DNA of 63,914 bases, filler included, from Trypethelium eluteriae (taxonomy: Eukaryota): the NCBI GenBank assembly GCA_051942245.1. It is 4 parts of 4 records of this genome, joined end to end, with 100 filler letters (N's around TTAATTAATTAA, not from the genome) between each part and the next. Parts side by side here need not be neighbours in the genome. Positions count along the whole stretch, not along the records: positions 1 to 16,259 come from JAVECL010000628.1; 3 more parts are not named here. One strand, written 5' to 3'. Below the pieces are notes generated by a model. That model had not been told where the DNA came from, did no database searches, and saw nothing but the letters and a program-made list of their open reading frames with translations. The position numbers and the translations under genes were made by a program. Each line of letters opens with the position of its first letter. The first letter of the stretch is position 1. Shown here in pieces: positions 1 through 12,095 of the stretch.

Positions 1-1543
1 CCTTCCCCCTCATCACATCCTTCAACGCCGCAAACCCATACCGCGCCTCTTGCCGCGCGCGCACCGCCTCCCACGCCTCCCACGCCCACTGCCGATACCG
101 CGCCTGCCCCGTCACCCGCCACGCCACAAACAGACTCTCGACATAGCCCGCGCGCAACCCGCCACGCTCCTCCACCGCCCACCACGCACGCAGCTCCCAC
201 TGCCTCGCCGCGCGCTTCGTACTGGGCTCGAACGCCGGGTCGCCGCGCTCCGAGCCCGCGGGCGTCCAGGACCAACGATCGGGCGCGAGACCCGATGGCG
301 AGGACGCGTGGACATGGTGGCAGCCTTCGAGGAGGGCTTGCCCGAGACCGATGAGGTCGGGTCGCGATAAAGCTGCGCCGCCGAGGAGGAGGGAGGCCGG
401 CGCGGCGCAGGAAGTGTGCGAGGCTTCGTTTAGGAGGTGTGGGCCGGAGCGCTGGGAGAGGTAGAGGTGCGAGGTTGCGTGGGTGGGGGATGCGGCGGAG
501 CGCGAGGTCAGGTTCCAGCGGAGGGCGTGTGTCGCGGAGAGCCAGGTGGTGCGGTAGGTGGGGCCGTGGCGGGAGTGGGGGGAGAGGAGCAGGGATTTGA
601 GGAGGGCGGTGTAGAAGGGGAGGTGGTTGGTGTCCCAGCTGTACCCTTGGGCGGTGGGGTGGGAGGTGTCGATGTTGAGAGGTGAGGGGAAGAGGCCGTC
701 TGGGTGGTTGGGGAGAGCGGAAAGGTTGTAGCTGGGCCAGAGGAGCGGTACGATGGCGTATGTTGCGTCTTCTAGGTATGAGGCATCGTTCGTGAGGCGG
801 GAAAGAACACGGGATTCGAGGAGTGGGGCGCTGGCTGAAGAGAGGGGAATGGTTACTATGTTCTCTTCCTCTGGGTTTCCGTCTTTGGGAGTGAATAGAG
901 ATGTGCCGACGGAGGTATCAAAGTCGACGCGCGGCCACGGGAGTCCAGTATTTGTGTCGAAAGAGGGACGAAGCTTGAAAGCGAGTGTGTACGCCTGGCC
1001 TAGAAGCTTGTTGCGGTCATCATGGGCAATGACTTCGGGAGATATAAGACCAGCATCAGACATATCCACAAGAGACAAAATGGCGCCCAGGTATCTTCTG
1101 ATTGTTTCTGAGGGGTCCACAAGCTCGTCTGTCTTCGTGAAGTCGACTTTGTCAATGATATACCGCACTGCCTCACGCAACTCGTCCCACAATCCCATGA
1201 GCGCCAGAGTTGATGTGCTTTCAACCAAGAATGCTCCCCATCCGTTATGATTGTTCACATTGCCCCCGCTGATAGGCCTGATTTCATCCTTTCCCCACGC
1301 TCTGTCTTGATAGCTTGCGAAAGCCTTTCGCATGGCATCGCGGATGATACCTGCCTTCCCTAGATCTGCCTTGCCCCCGCCTCGCCATCCTTCGTATTGC
1401 AGGCTTGCTATTTCAATGCGATCGATCTTTGGAGGAGGACTGAAGTAGTCTCGGAACGAGGCATAAATGAGGTAGAAGCAGATGATGAAAGCCGCACTAA
1501 AGAGCTTGAATGCCGTAACCGGATGGCGTCGAAAAGAGGGCAT
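1..1543 (-). CDS. GH47 class I alpha-1,2-mannosidase-like protein, 3' end runs off the window, catalytic motifs degenerate
   Basis: Absent from the ORF track (no stop in window). Manual translation from ATG 1543 is open to base 1: MPSFRRHP, signal-anchor FSAAFIICFYLIYA, AWGKDEIRPISG, NGWGAFLVES, TGLPWPRVDF, VESLFVAWRVTGQARYRQWAWEAW, all GH47-type motifs. Confidence 0.85.
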   Translation of the reverse strand, partial: MPSFRRHPVTAFKLFSAAFIICFYLIYASFRDYFSPPPKIDRIEIASLQYEGWRGGGKADLGKAGIIRDAMRKAFASYQDRAWGKDEIRPISGGNVNNHNGWGAFLVESTSTLALMGLWDELREAVRYIIDKVDFTKTDELVDPSETIRRYLGAILSLVDMSDAGLISPEVIAHDDRNKLLGQAYTLAFKLRPSFDTNTGLPWPRVDFDTSVGTSLFTPKDGNPEEENIVTIPLSSASAPLLESRVLSRLTNDASYLEDATYAIVPLLWPSYNLSALPNHPDGLFPSPLNIDTSHPTAQGYSWDTNHLPFYTALLKSLLLSPHSRHGPTYRTTWLSATHALRWNLTSRSAASPTHATSHLYLSQRSGPHLLNEASHTSCAAPASLLLGGAALSRPDLIGLGQALLEGCHHVHASSPSGLAPDRWSWTPAGSERGDPAFEPSTKRAARQWELRAWWAVEERGGLRAGYVESLFVAWRVTGQARYRQWAWEAWEAVRARQEARYGFAALKDVMRGK

Positions 1544-2885
1544 GTCAAGGCGGATGGTACAAAACTAGTATTTTGCCTCCCAATTCCCTCATTCCAACAT
1601 TGGGGTCTGCTATCGTACGGGCCTGGGTAGCCGCTGCATTCTTTTCATGCACTGGGCACAACTGGGATCCAAGGGTGACCAGTCGAGCGCAATTGGGCCA
1701 AATCCACCAGGAAGTAATATCCTCAGCACTAGGCTGTAGTGATGGAAAGGAAACCTAATTCAAGGCCCGGAGAAGGAGTTGTATGGATTGAGGCTATCCT
1801 GAAATATGTACAAACGTGGTCATGTCTGGAGTCAGGGATGTGGCGTTGCGGCTTAGGGCTGAAAACCTGGAGGTGGCTTGTCCTCGGCTCACCTGTCCAC
1901 ACTTCGCCGCTGTTTGCCTCCATTCGTAGTTCGTACCAATTGTAAGTCTCCTTGGATCCTGGCTTTGAACAGGAAAGACGGAGAACGCTATTTCTTCAGT
2001 TGAGAAATGGACACATTTTGCCCGATCTTCCTTTGGATGCCTGATATTAAGAATTCCAAGATATTCATGGGACAGAACTGACCCGTCACACTCGATGTCC
2101 TAGACAAGAAATAGAGTATCGAATTGGGTCACATTCAATGGGAGAATTAAGCGGATCCCGACTCTGCTTTCGAACCGGAATGATGATGAAGAAAGCTTCA
2201 GCAGTGGCATTGACCTGATTCTAGCAAGCTACTGAAGTCTATCTATGGGATGAAAAGAATTGCCTGTCACTGACAGTCCGAGTAAAATGGATTAGTTTGA
2301 GCATTTATATTGCTCTTGAAGTGCCTTATCATGTACTGGGAGGTAGACTAAATTGGACTGCTGTTGTTTCACTTCCTTGCCTATCTGGTAGAACCAAGTT
2401 CATTTGGCGAGTTGCGTCACTACAAAAGGCGTCACTTCTGTCCCGGAGCAGTTCTGGACGCTCTATTGAGCAAGGGTAGTCGTGGGCAATAATCAGACTA
2501 CGACCTGAGTCAGCAGATACACAAAGGGGGCATCTTCTCATCACAGGTTTATTGTGGTCGATGGTAGACCATAGGAATGAAAATTCACCAGACATCTTTC
2601 ATAAATTCTGGCGAGGTTGATTCATTATGGTTGGACAGTGACTGAGCGAAACTAAGGGTTGTAAATCACCAACCTCGTCTCTATATCAATCAGGCATTAA
2701 GACTGTTCGGATTGATTAGCACCGACCCCAACTTTAAACTACAAACATTAAGTAAAAAATTGGGTGAAGTGATGCCAGATTGTCTGCTCAATCTTTTCCT
2801 GCCAAGCTGAAAGATCAAAGTAGGTTTGTTCATAAGGGCATATTGAGGGTTTCTTTTACCTATTTCATCGCAACCACGATCAGGC

Positions 2886-4191
2886 TCATTTCCGAAAAGC
2901 TCCTCCACACATCTCATCTTCGTAATCCAAATCTGGCTGAAACTCCCAATACAACGTCTCCGGATCACTCGTCAAATCGAACGTAAACTTCGCATCTTTA
3001 TCACTAATCAGCTTCTTCTCCAACCCATTCGCCGCCGCCGCCTCTACCTGCAATTGCACCTCACACGCCCTCTCCATCAAACAATGCAAAAACGCCGCCT
3101 CATCCACCGTACCCCCCACCGTCAACAACCCATGATTCAACAGCACCATCCCCTTCCCACTGGGCCCCAACGCCTCCGCCATCCTGCGCGCCTCCTCCTT
3201 CCCCTGCTCCCCCAGCACCACCCCTCCAAACTCATTGTACACCGCCTGCGCGTCGCCATACAGGTACGCGATATCCTGGTTCAGCATCTCGAGCGGGCGT
3301 CCGAAGCTCGACCACGCCTTGCCGAAGACCGAGTGTGTGTGGCACGCTGCAATGACGTCTGGCCGGGCTTGGTGGATCGCGCTGTGGATCAGGAAGCCGG
3401 CGGCGTTGGCGGGCCGGCTGCGGTTGCCGCCGATGGGCGTGCCGTCGTAGTTGACGAGGATCATGTCGGAGGCGCGGAGGAGGCCGAAGTGGCGGCCTAG
3501 GGGGTTGGTCCAGAAGGCTGTGGGGAGGGATTGGGTGTTAGATATTGAGGTCTATATTGGGGAAGTTGGAATCAAGTGTAGGGGTATGAAGGAATATGCG
3601 TCAAATGGAGTCAAAAAATGATCGATTTTCAGACAAAGGGTAAACGTGCCGAATTGAAGAAACGCAGGTGTTCGTTGGATTCCAGATAAAGCCACGACTG
3701 GATGACGAGTAACATAGGACAAGAGGCTGGAAACTTGCTGAACGCGCTGGCGAGAACCGAAACGCTCGATTTATGCCCACCACAGCTGCCTTGTTTTTCG
3801 AAGCCAATTTGCCAATATGATCAAAGAAAGAGACCCTTGGATTCAAGTATGGTGACGGACATGTGCAGTCATTGGCGGGCTAGAAGTACTGCCACCCAGG
3901 AGATGATCGAACAAGAAAGAGCTCACCTTCGCTCCATTCAGGATCTCTCACTGAGATATGGCCGCTCATACCCTCAGTGTAGCCCTTGCGAGCAAATACG
4001 CGGAAAGCTCCAGCCATGTGCTCGAGCATCCATTGCCGTTGTTTCTCAAAAGTGTTAAAGGTAGGAATTCCAGGAAGACAAACGCCTTGTGAAATAGCTT
4101 GCAGCGGTGTCACGCCAGCAGTGTCGCTACTGCCATTTGTTTTGGCTACTACCTGATTTTCAGTATCGTCGGCGATAAGAGCAGGCGCCAT
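2886..4191 (-). CDS. Class II aldolase/adducin-family protein (Mug14-like), 2 exons
   Basis: Exon 1 4191-3927 (EGMSGHISVRDPE), GTGAGC...CACAG intron 3926-3518, exon 2 3517-2886 (AFWTNPLGRHFG, AACHTHS, LLNHGLLTVG Zn-binding histidines). Confidence 0.9.
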
Positions 4192-4914
4192 TGTGTAACT
4201 GTCGGCCTCTGGAGTGGCGTCCTTGAAAAGGTGAAGACATTAGTAGTCAAGGAGTTTGGTGCCTATTGCCTGGTGCCAAGTCGGCTTCAATTGCGAGCGA
4301 GGTGCTCTCTATTGGACACAATTAAGCTCACTGTCGTGCAGCTTTAGCCCGAGCGCTGTCACGGACGTTCCAGGACGAGTTCTGATTGTCCGGATTTCAG
4401 GAGGGGAAGAAGCGCTCCGATTCGATTAGCCTCCGTGCCGGACAAGCGGAGGCGTGACGAGGGAGTACTCAACGATATCGTATTGTAATAATACTCTACT
4501 CCATGATTCGTACACAAATGTTCTAGTTCAGCGTCACTGGCCGTACTCTAATGGGGAGCCCTGGCCTGCCCCATCAAGTTTTTGGGGGAACCCAGAATAC
4601 GCGTATAAAATCGACAGTAGCTAGCCTCCACTATCTCTACAATACAACGTTTTTGTTAAAAGCCTTCGGTTCTATAGATCCTCTATATTGGCCTCTGATC
4701 TCTGCGTGGGTCGTTAATCTTTACGTACGTCTGTCTCATATAAACGCAGGTTTCTGATCTTCGCGGCTGTCAAAGGAACTGGAGATACCGAAGCAGGCGC
4801 TGTCTGTCTTTTCCAAAGTATAGTTCGACGATTCTCCATTCTTCCTGGGAGATACAGATACAGTCGCGAGGGTATCATCGTAAGGTAGTGCCATTGCTTG
4901 AGCACAGCTAGAGG

Positions 4915-6360
4915 TCATGGCTCCACCGTGTGACGCATCTCTGACTTGAGGACAGACGCTGCGGCGAAACTTAAGCCTGAACTGCGTCGGATGTATTCCC
5001 AATCGTGTGCCGTCCACCTTGCGATTTCGCCTTCGGAATCTGTCTTTTCCTGACCCACCCCCTCCAGGCGGTGGAGTCGGCTTAGCCAGGCATCACGTCT
5101 TGGATGCGGAGTGATAATTTCGTCCATCCAGTCCATTCTAGTGCCGCCACTGAATGCCTGTATAGCGCCTAACATCATGGTTCGGCCTGTGAACTCAAAG
5201 GATTTGGCTTCGATATTAATACCTCCCGATTCAAGCCAGCGCTTGCATGCAAGGGTGTCGCAATGCCTCCATCTCCAGACAGCATTGATGACCATGAAAA
5301 CCACAAGAGCTAAACCGTCCCATCCTTTCTGCGCCGCCACATACGTCATGGCAAGGAGTTGTAGAGCATGAGCGAGGGAGAGAAAAGTAGACAGTCCACG
5401 ACGGTGAGACTTCTCGGGCAAAGCCACCATGGTCTTGTTCAGCAAAGTGTCGACTACACCTCGGTCGCCGATGAATAGATACCAAATGGACGCATTCTGA
5501 TGTATACTATACAGCATGCAGCTTTGATCGTCTTCCTCGTTGCTTTGGAGATAGCCGGGAGGCCTTACTAAACTGAAGCCTCTGCACGCTATTTGCGAAA
5601 AAGACCCGCAGAGTAACGCTACTGACGTTCCAAAGCAGCCAAAAAGCATCAAGGTCACTGATATGCCAAGCATCAGAATAAGGACAAGTGCTTCAGTGGC
5701 TACCGATGCAAGTATAGTATCCAGTCGATAGAGCCAGGAATATCTTGAATTCTTGCGGTAGAATCGCAGGACATGTAGGGTCTGATATCTTCGGTGCTGT
5801 GTCGTTTGTTTGGATTTTGTCGGCTTGGATTCCACTGACGTTGAACTCACGAAGGTATTCGCTCTAGGCTCAAAGCCAGTGATGTCCGCAGATTGCTTTG
5901 GCTCTGCAGACTGATGTCGCACCGCCTTTCCGGGTGCATCTGGAATCTTGTCGGGCATCTTAATTGTTGCCCTGAGCTTGTTCTCCAGCGCATATCTCGC
6001 GATGATGGCGCTGGCCGCTCCATTCGCGGCAGGAAACGTGCCTCCCCACTTTACATCCCAAACTCTCCGGTGCGAGTATCCCTTGGAGCTTGCCTCATCA
6101 ATAAACTCTGGGCCCTTCCTAAGCAGACGAGCTATACCTGCCAGCACTCCCAGTCGTGGAAGCAAGTCAATCTCGATTCGTCCAGTCAATGCGATGTGTC
6201 CTAAGAGCTGATAGTCTTGCTTGTAGCTAGCAAGGTGACAAACCAGTGGAATGATTGCAGCCCACTCAGCAACAATGTTAGGTAAATGTGGAACCGGCAG
6301 AAATGGGGAAGCGTTCAACGCTCCTAGGTTTGGGGCTATGGTTGGGATGTATGCTGCCAT
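4915..6360 (-). CDS. Uncharacterised 481-aa multi-pass membrane protein
   Basis: Intact long ORF with hydrophobic segments (ALVLILMLGISVTLMLFGCFG; LQLLAMTYVAAQKGWDGLALVVFMVI); no family recognised. Confidence 0.75.
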   Translation of the reverse strand: MAAYIPTIAPNLGALNASPFLPVPHLPNIVAEWAAIIPLVCHLASYKQDYQLLGHIALTGRIEIDLLPRLGVLAGIARLLRKGPEFIDEASSKGYSHRRVWDVKWGGTFPAANGAASAIIARYALENKLRATIKMPDKIPDAPGKAVRHQSAEPKQSADITGFEPRANTFVSSTSVESKPTKSKQTTQHRRYQTLHVLRFYRKNSRYSWLYRLDTILASVATEALVLILMLGISVTLMLFGCFGTSVALLCGSFSQIACRGFSLVRPPGYLQSNEEDDQSCMLYSIHQNASIWYLFIGDRGVVDTLLNKTMVALPEKSHRRGLSTFLSLAHALQLLAMTYVAAQKGWDGLALVVFMVINAVWRWRHCDTLACKRWLESGGINIEAKSFEFTGRTMMLGAIQAFSGGTRMDWMDEIITPHPRRDAWLSRLHRLEGVGQEKTDSEGEIARWTAHDWEYIRRSSGLSFAAASVLKSEMRHTVEP

Positions 6361-7394
6361 GTTATTGAGTCGACATCCGCGTCAGATAGTAATCCCGAAA
6401 TCGACACAGGACGCGATCATAGAAGTCATCGAACGATCGGCCGGATACTATACAGTAGGAGTCATTTGTATGGTATGTTTGGTTTTGACGTGGGATCCAC
6501 AAACGCACAGCAACTTGGTGCGTGGACGAGACCGCAGTGCAGCTGGAGCCTAACGACTATCGATGCACCGCCGGCGGCTCAACAGGCAGCTATGAAGACG
6601 GCTTCTCTAGCCTCGCGACGGGCTAACGGGACTTACAGGATTCTAGTGCAGCACATTTGAAGTTAACTTTTGCTGCGCCTACGCTTGAGCCATTATGGTT
6701 GAGTTTCTGTGCAATCCGTCTTCACAAAAGGTGAAAGCGTCCCCAACCCATTCGTATTCTGTGAGTTGGACATCAGCATCGGCAATTGATAGACTTTAGT
6801 CCGCGACTTAATGGCGGCCGAGTGCACAAGCACCATATGAAACAGTGGGCATTTCTTATGCATTCGGGCGACTAAGCCTTGGACAGCTGACTCCAATCCT
6901 ACCTGACGCCTTGCGTATCTTGCAGAGGGCGTCATTCGCAGGTCCAGGGAGCTTGAAACTCGGCGCATACGTTTCATGGCGACGTTCAGGTTTCTGCCAT
7001 GTCTGCTTGTATGGAATCGCGATATCAGCAACGTTTGCAGTTGCGTGGAAAAGAAGAGAGAAAAAATTGTGGTGGCTGGCTGGGCTCCGAAGTGGCTGAG
7101 CTCAATTTATCTGTGGCTGCGGTGGAGCGGAATCTACCAACGGTACGATACTCCCGACTCTACTCCGTATGGAGTACTCTAGAGCACCACCACATAAGGC
7201 ACGATCAAGCCTCCTTGGATATGACTTCAGTCGTGCTTCATCCGCCATCATCCATAGCTAACCGACGAATGGGCAACACTTCCGTTGCGACTCTTTGAAT
7301 CATAAAGGTTGACCTATCTTCCTACTCGAATGACCTGACTTGCTCGAGGGCTGAGCCGGACACGGAAGTGCCGTCCTCTGACCAATAAATTACC

Positions 7395-10150
7395 ATGCTG
7401 CTGCAAGGGAACTCTCGTACAGACCCAAGCTTGCTCGGCCGAGTTCGCTCTGTGTGGGAGTCACGTCAAGAATCTGACAAGTTTTGGAAGCCCTCAACCA
7501 TATCTGCTCAAGCTTCTCAAGTGTCTGCTTCAGAGGACATTGGCGTGCATGGCTGGCAGCTTCAGCTTCGCGGCTTTCCAGAAAGAGACGCGTTTGCTTC
7601 TGTCCCGACTCCTCAGGATGACGATTCCGGTCTTCTTTACTCAAAATCTGAGCAACAGAAACGGGTTGCGCAATATTGCACGGAAACTGTCGACTCAATA
7701 TGCGGAGGTCAAGGGGATCGATTTTCTCTAATCGACGGGTCTTTGTCAAGCCTACTCGACTATAGCCTATGCACGGAAGGGCCTGACGATGTTATCATAA
7801 AAAAAGCCGTGAGTATCCTGGAGCGACTACCTACCCGGCCGCCACCGGTATACAGGCTCCATCCTGAACTGGATCTTCAGTGAGTAATAGGCTTGAAAGA
7901 GAGCACAAATCCTAAGTCTCCATGGTAGATCAATGAAACAACAAGAAGATCACCAATGCTCTCAGACGCGATTCGATACGAACACTGTTCGAATCGCTCT
8001 AGCCTTTTCTTGCGATGCTTTTCAGAAACTGAAAGCCACTTCGCTGCCGTTCTATCCAGATCTCTATGTAGACGGCCTTGATCGCAAGTATATGCCATTG
8101 AAGGATTATCTTGGTGATGTCTCTGAACTAATTGACCAAGTCACACACCAAATGGCTTCATGCAATGACATGTCCAAAAAAATGGCGTGGTATGCAATGA
8201 AGTCCTTCTACTGGATATCTTGGCACCGTGGCAGTATGCTTTTACTCTGGTTAGTGAAGCTTGGACATAATGACCATTTTAGCGAGCAAACCTTCATCCA
8301 GTCGTCAATAGTTCCAGTCATGGCGCACGGGAATTCTTCTGACATGCAGCAGGTATTTTCTCGGCCATCAACTGGAATGGGGATACGATGCAACCCTGAC
8401 CAGCGCAATCACAATACAAAAGCCAACCCTGTTGCCCAATACATCGTTCGAAGATATCATGGCTCGGTCCGATTCGGCAAACAAGTCAGATTACATGTGC
8501 ACCTGGGCTTATAGGTCCTTGCGCAGAGATCGAGTTGCAATGGCTTTGGACTTCACAGCGTTTCACCGTCGCTTTGCTGACATTTTTGGCGATCGGAAAG
8601 CTCGGTGTTTCGAAGATGGTCACCCATGCGACGGCAGTTCTCCAAGAGCCTGTAGAAGGTTTACAGGTGCCGACACAAAAGGCATCAACCAATCGGCTCA
8701 CAATTTCACCTGCAATGGATCTTGCGAGCGCCTCTTCTGGGATGAAACATCCTACCGGAAGGCAGGATCGGGTGCTAGGGCAGTATGTATTGAAGCCACA
8801 ACCCGTCCGTATTTGCGATACCAAGTTACATCAGACAAAACACTGGCAGTGTCCCACGTCTGGAACCATGGGCAAGGTGGAAGACCGGAATCTCTCCTGA
8901 GGCATGGCGAGATGGGTGGCTTCAATTCCTGTTTACATGAGCGTTACAAAAATATAGCACGCGAACTCGGATGTACTTCTTACTGGATGGACACACCATG
9001 CATACCTGAGGATCATCTACTGCGAAGAGAATCGATTGCAAATATCAACACAGTCTTCAGAGAGAGCCTTGCAACCTTGATATGTGACAGAGATATCATG
9101 GACACCGATATTACCTCCTTAAAAAAAGATCCAACAGATATGTCAGAGCCAATGCTGAGACTGCGGGAGTCTATTATCTCAACTTTGCTCGTATGCGATT
9201 GGAACCTAAGGAGTTGGACGCTTCTAGAATCAATTCGGGGGCGAAAACACATACTCTTACTTTGCAAATACAACCAGGTCGTCTCGCTGGTAGATCTTGT
9301 CAAGGATGTCTGCTCCCACGGAAGCATTGATGTGGCTATCTTGTTCCTTAGTGGTCATCACATGCTTCCAGCACGCCAGTCTGAACCTCAATACTTTCCT
9401 GCTAGACAGATCCTTGGAGAAGCCCTCACAGGTTTCGTGCCTCTCGAAGAAGCGGCATGCCTCCTAGCGCATCGACTTGCCTCAAGGGCGCAGGACGATA
9501 TCGTCATCTGGAGTCTTCTTACCAACGAAACTCCATATTACGATGCAAAGACGTGGTGGCGGGAGAAGGTAACCGGTAATGGAACTTTCATGACAAGCGG
9601 TGCTGGCATCAGGGGATTTATACATAGCGGATTCCTCTTGTCAAGCGCGCCGAGATTGAAGGGAGTCAAGTCTCTTCAATGGGCCCCAACGCAGCCCGGC
9701 CTTCATTTGCCTCAAGGAGTATCAAACAGTACGAAGGTTTACCAACCTGAAGATGGATCTAACACAACTAAGCTCAGAATCTTCAACGAGGGCCTCGTGG
9801 GGCGATGGGGAGCATACATCTTTCGAACTAACGACATCCCATCTGACGACAGCGTCACAAGGAAATTGCAAGATATTGCAAAGAAGTTTCTGTCGCACAA
9901 ATGGGGCATACTTCTCTCACCGTTGACTCAGATGTTCTATATAGCAGCCCGTCATGACCCTCAGCGCGGCCGCCTCCGCATGGCCGATACTCGATATATG
10001 ATGCTGCCTTTCAGAGGGACCAGCTACTTCCTGTTCGGTGTTGCAGGCGCAAACGACAGAGAGTCATGGGAATGGCAAGGCGTATGTGAATGGCCCACGG
10101 CCCAGCCACTTCCTGACTTCTCCAACCATAAGGAGATTCTACTAGTGTAG
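7395..10150 (+). CDS. HET-domain (heterokaryon-incompatibility-like) protein, 3 exons
   Basis: Three track ORFs join in frame through introns 7880-7928 (GTGAGT...TAG) and 8250-8352 (GTTAGT...CTGAC...CAG). HET-type motifs AVSHVW, YWMDTPCIP, IANINTVF, WNLRSWTLLE. Start codon uncertain. Confidence 0.8.
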
Positions 10151-10229
10151 GAACGGTACATTCTTGAATAGAGCTTGAACTTGAAGCCTGCTTGTGGATT
10201 CTCTGGCTCCCAGGTCCCAGCTCCCCTTC

Positions 10230-10550
10230 GTAATCGTTAGCGTTTTCTCGAGAAGGACTAGAGTATCATGGGCTGTCTGCATGTTCGGCATTCTGATCAG
10301 CACCGTCGGGTTGAACGCTCACTTCGTGGATTCATATCCAGAGGGCTTCGGTGACGTATGGGCCTGGCCAAATTTCGCTAGCACTGCAGGCGGCTTTATT
10401 ATTGCGCATCTGGAGGTTAAAAGAGCGAAGGCGAGGGTCCCGCGGGTTAAGGTAGCTTCGCGACCCGGAGTAACATCCTTGCTGCTGCTTTTTTGCTCAT
10501 CCTCATGCTACAGGTATGAGGAGAGGAATGCGAGCACAGAGTGGAAAGTA
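10230..10550 (+). pseudogene. C-terminal relic of an MFS transporter
   Basis: FGILISTVGLNAHFVDSYPEGFGDVWAWPNFASTAGGFII resembles the last helices of fungal MFS transporters (DSYP motif). A frameshift and stop follow, and there is no room for a 5' part. Confidence 0.55.
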
Positions 10551-12095
10551 GCTTCTGACCAATGGAAGAAACTTATTCCGATACGCAAGCTAGATTGTCG
10601 AGGAGGCTTTGATGCTGATATGTAGTCAGTACCTCGGGGATCCAAGCATGCCACAGGCTCGAATATTGATCCGTTAAAGTACTTTGAGGCCAGCGCAAAG
10701 CTGTTTAGGCACTTGAGCCTGGTGAATCCGGACAAAGAAATGTGAGGTACTCTCTCTGTATGCAGGCACGATGGGATGAGCAAAAAGGGTTCCCAATGGG
10801 CGTGGCCAGAATACTCTAGGTAGTCTATAAGGTGGTCGCACTCGGACCTCCAATGCGGCCACCCCAAGCAAAATTTTCGGATCTCAATCTACGGAGTACT
10901 CCGTACCCTCTTCCGTACTACCGCGAACAACACCCCCCTCCTCTGTACTTGAGACTGTAGAAACTCCTTCGAATCGCAATGGATCCTGGAAGTTATGTCA
11001 CAATGATTTCCGATGTCAAATTACTTCTTCGTTATGGAATGTACCGGCAAAAGACTCTACCTTCGAACGCTCTGGTGGGGTAAATTCTGCGCGGTGCCCA
11101 CGGCGCATGCCGCATCCTATACGGTGCGACTGCCAGTAATAATACCTTACATGTATTCCCTTACCGACTTACCGCCATTCCCACTCGGTGGGACTGTCGA
11201 TCCACCAGCTCCTTCCTTGCTTTGAGCAAAAGCAAGCAGCGCATGCGTCTTTCCCGTTTTCCTCCCCTGCTTTCACCTTTTTCATTGATCTCATATTACT
11301 GCATGCTCGTTTGCCCACGATCTTAGCACAAGCACCTAGCCCACGCAATCAGCGCACTATCACATCGTTTCACCGTTTCATACTTCTAACTAGTCATTGA
11401 TTGCATTTCATTGCTATAAATGATAAGGCAATCGCTCGCTTCTTTCTTTGTCATGTCCTGCAAGCATCCACGTTCCCCTCACTTGCTGGCCAAGCCCCAC
11501 TGGCTTGTGGCGTGACTTCAGTCACCTCTTCTCGAGACCTTCACTTAAACGTACCCCAGCCGGCGTCTTTTTCTCAAAAGGTCTCAAGAATCTCAGCTCT
11601 CAGATGTCCCGCGTTTAAGGCGTCGCACTCCTCAGGCGCTCAGAGCGCTGTCGAGCCTACTCCTCTTTGCTCCCAACCCGAGGTCTTTGGGGTTCTGGAA
11701 ACCCATTTTCTGGTATCTCGACATTTCTCCAACTCATCTATTCTCATTCCTAGTCAACGCTGATCCTACTTCTGGTCCTTTCTTTGACTGGTCTCAAGGT
11801 AGGTTCCAATTTTACTGGCTTTTGAAATAGGGCTATCCTCGTTTACTCCGTGGCTCCGTTCGGGAGGCCCATGGGTTTCACCCCCATTTTCTCATTCGCT
11901 TCATCTTCTACAAAATTCAGTTTCAGAAATGCACTTGAATCGTTTAGATTTTTTATTGGCTTTATGCTCAGGTTTTGATCTTTTCGGAGACAGAATAGCT
12001 GAAAACTTATCTTAGTTCTCAGCCCCGGATCATAGAGCCATTCGAACACGTCACGGCGCTCGGCCAGTACTTGACAAAGTCGCAACTCCCGCACA

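Noticed and set aside
540..720. Apparent frameshifts in homopolymer runs of the GH47-like gene
   Set aside because: Recounting by coordinate shows the frame is continuous.
50..1250. Plus-strand ORFs 50-370, 437-685 and 753-1250
   Set aside because: Antisense shadows of the GH47-like gene.
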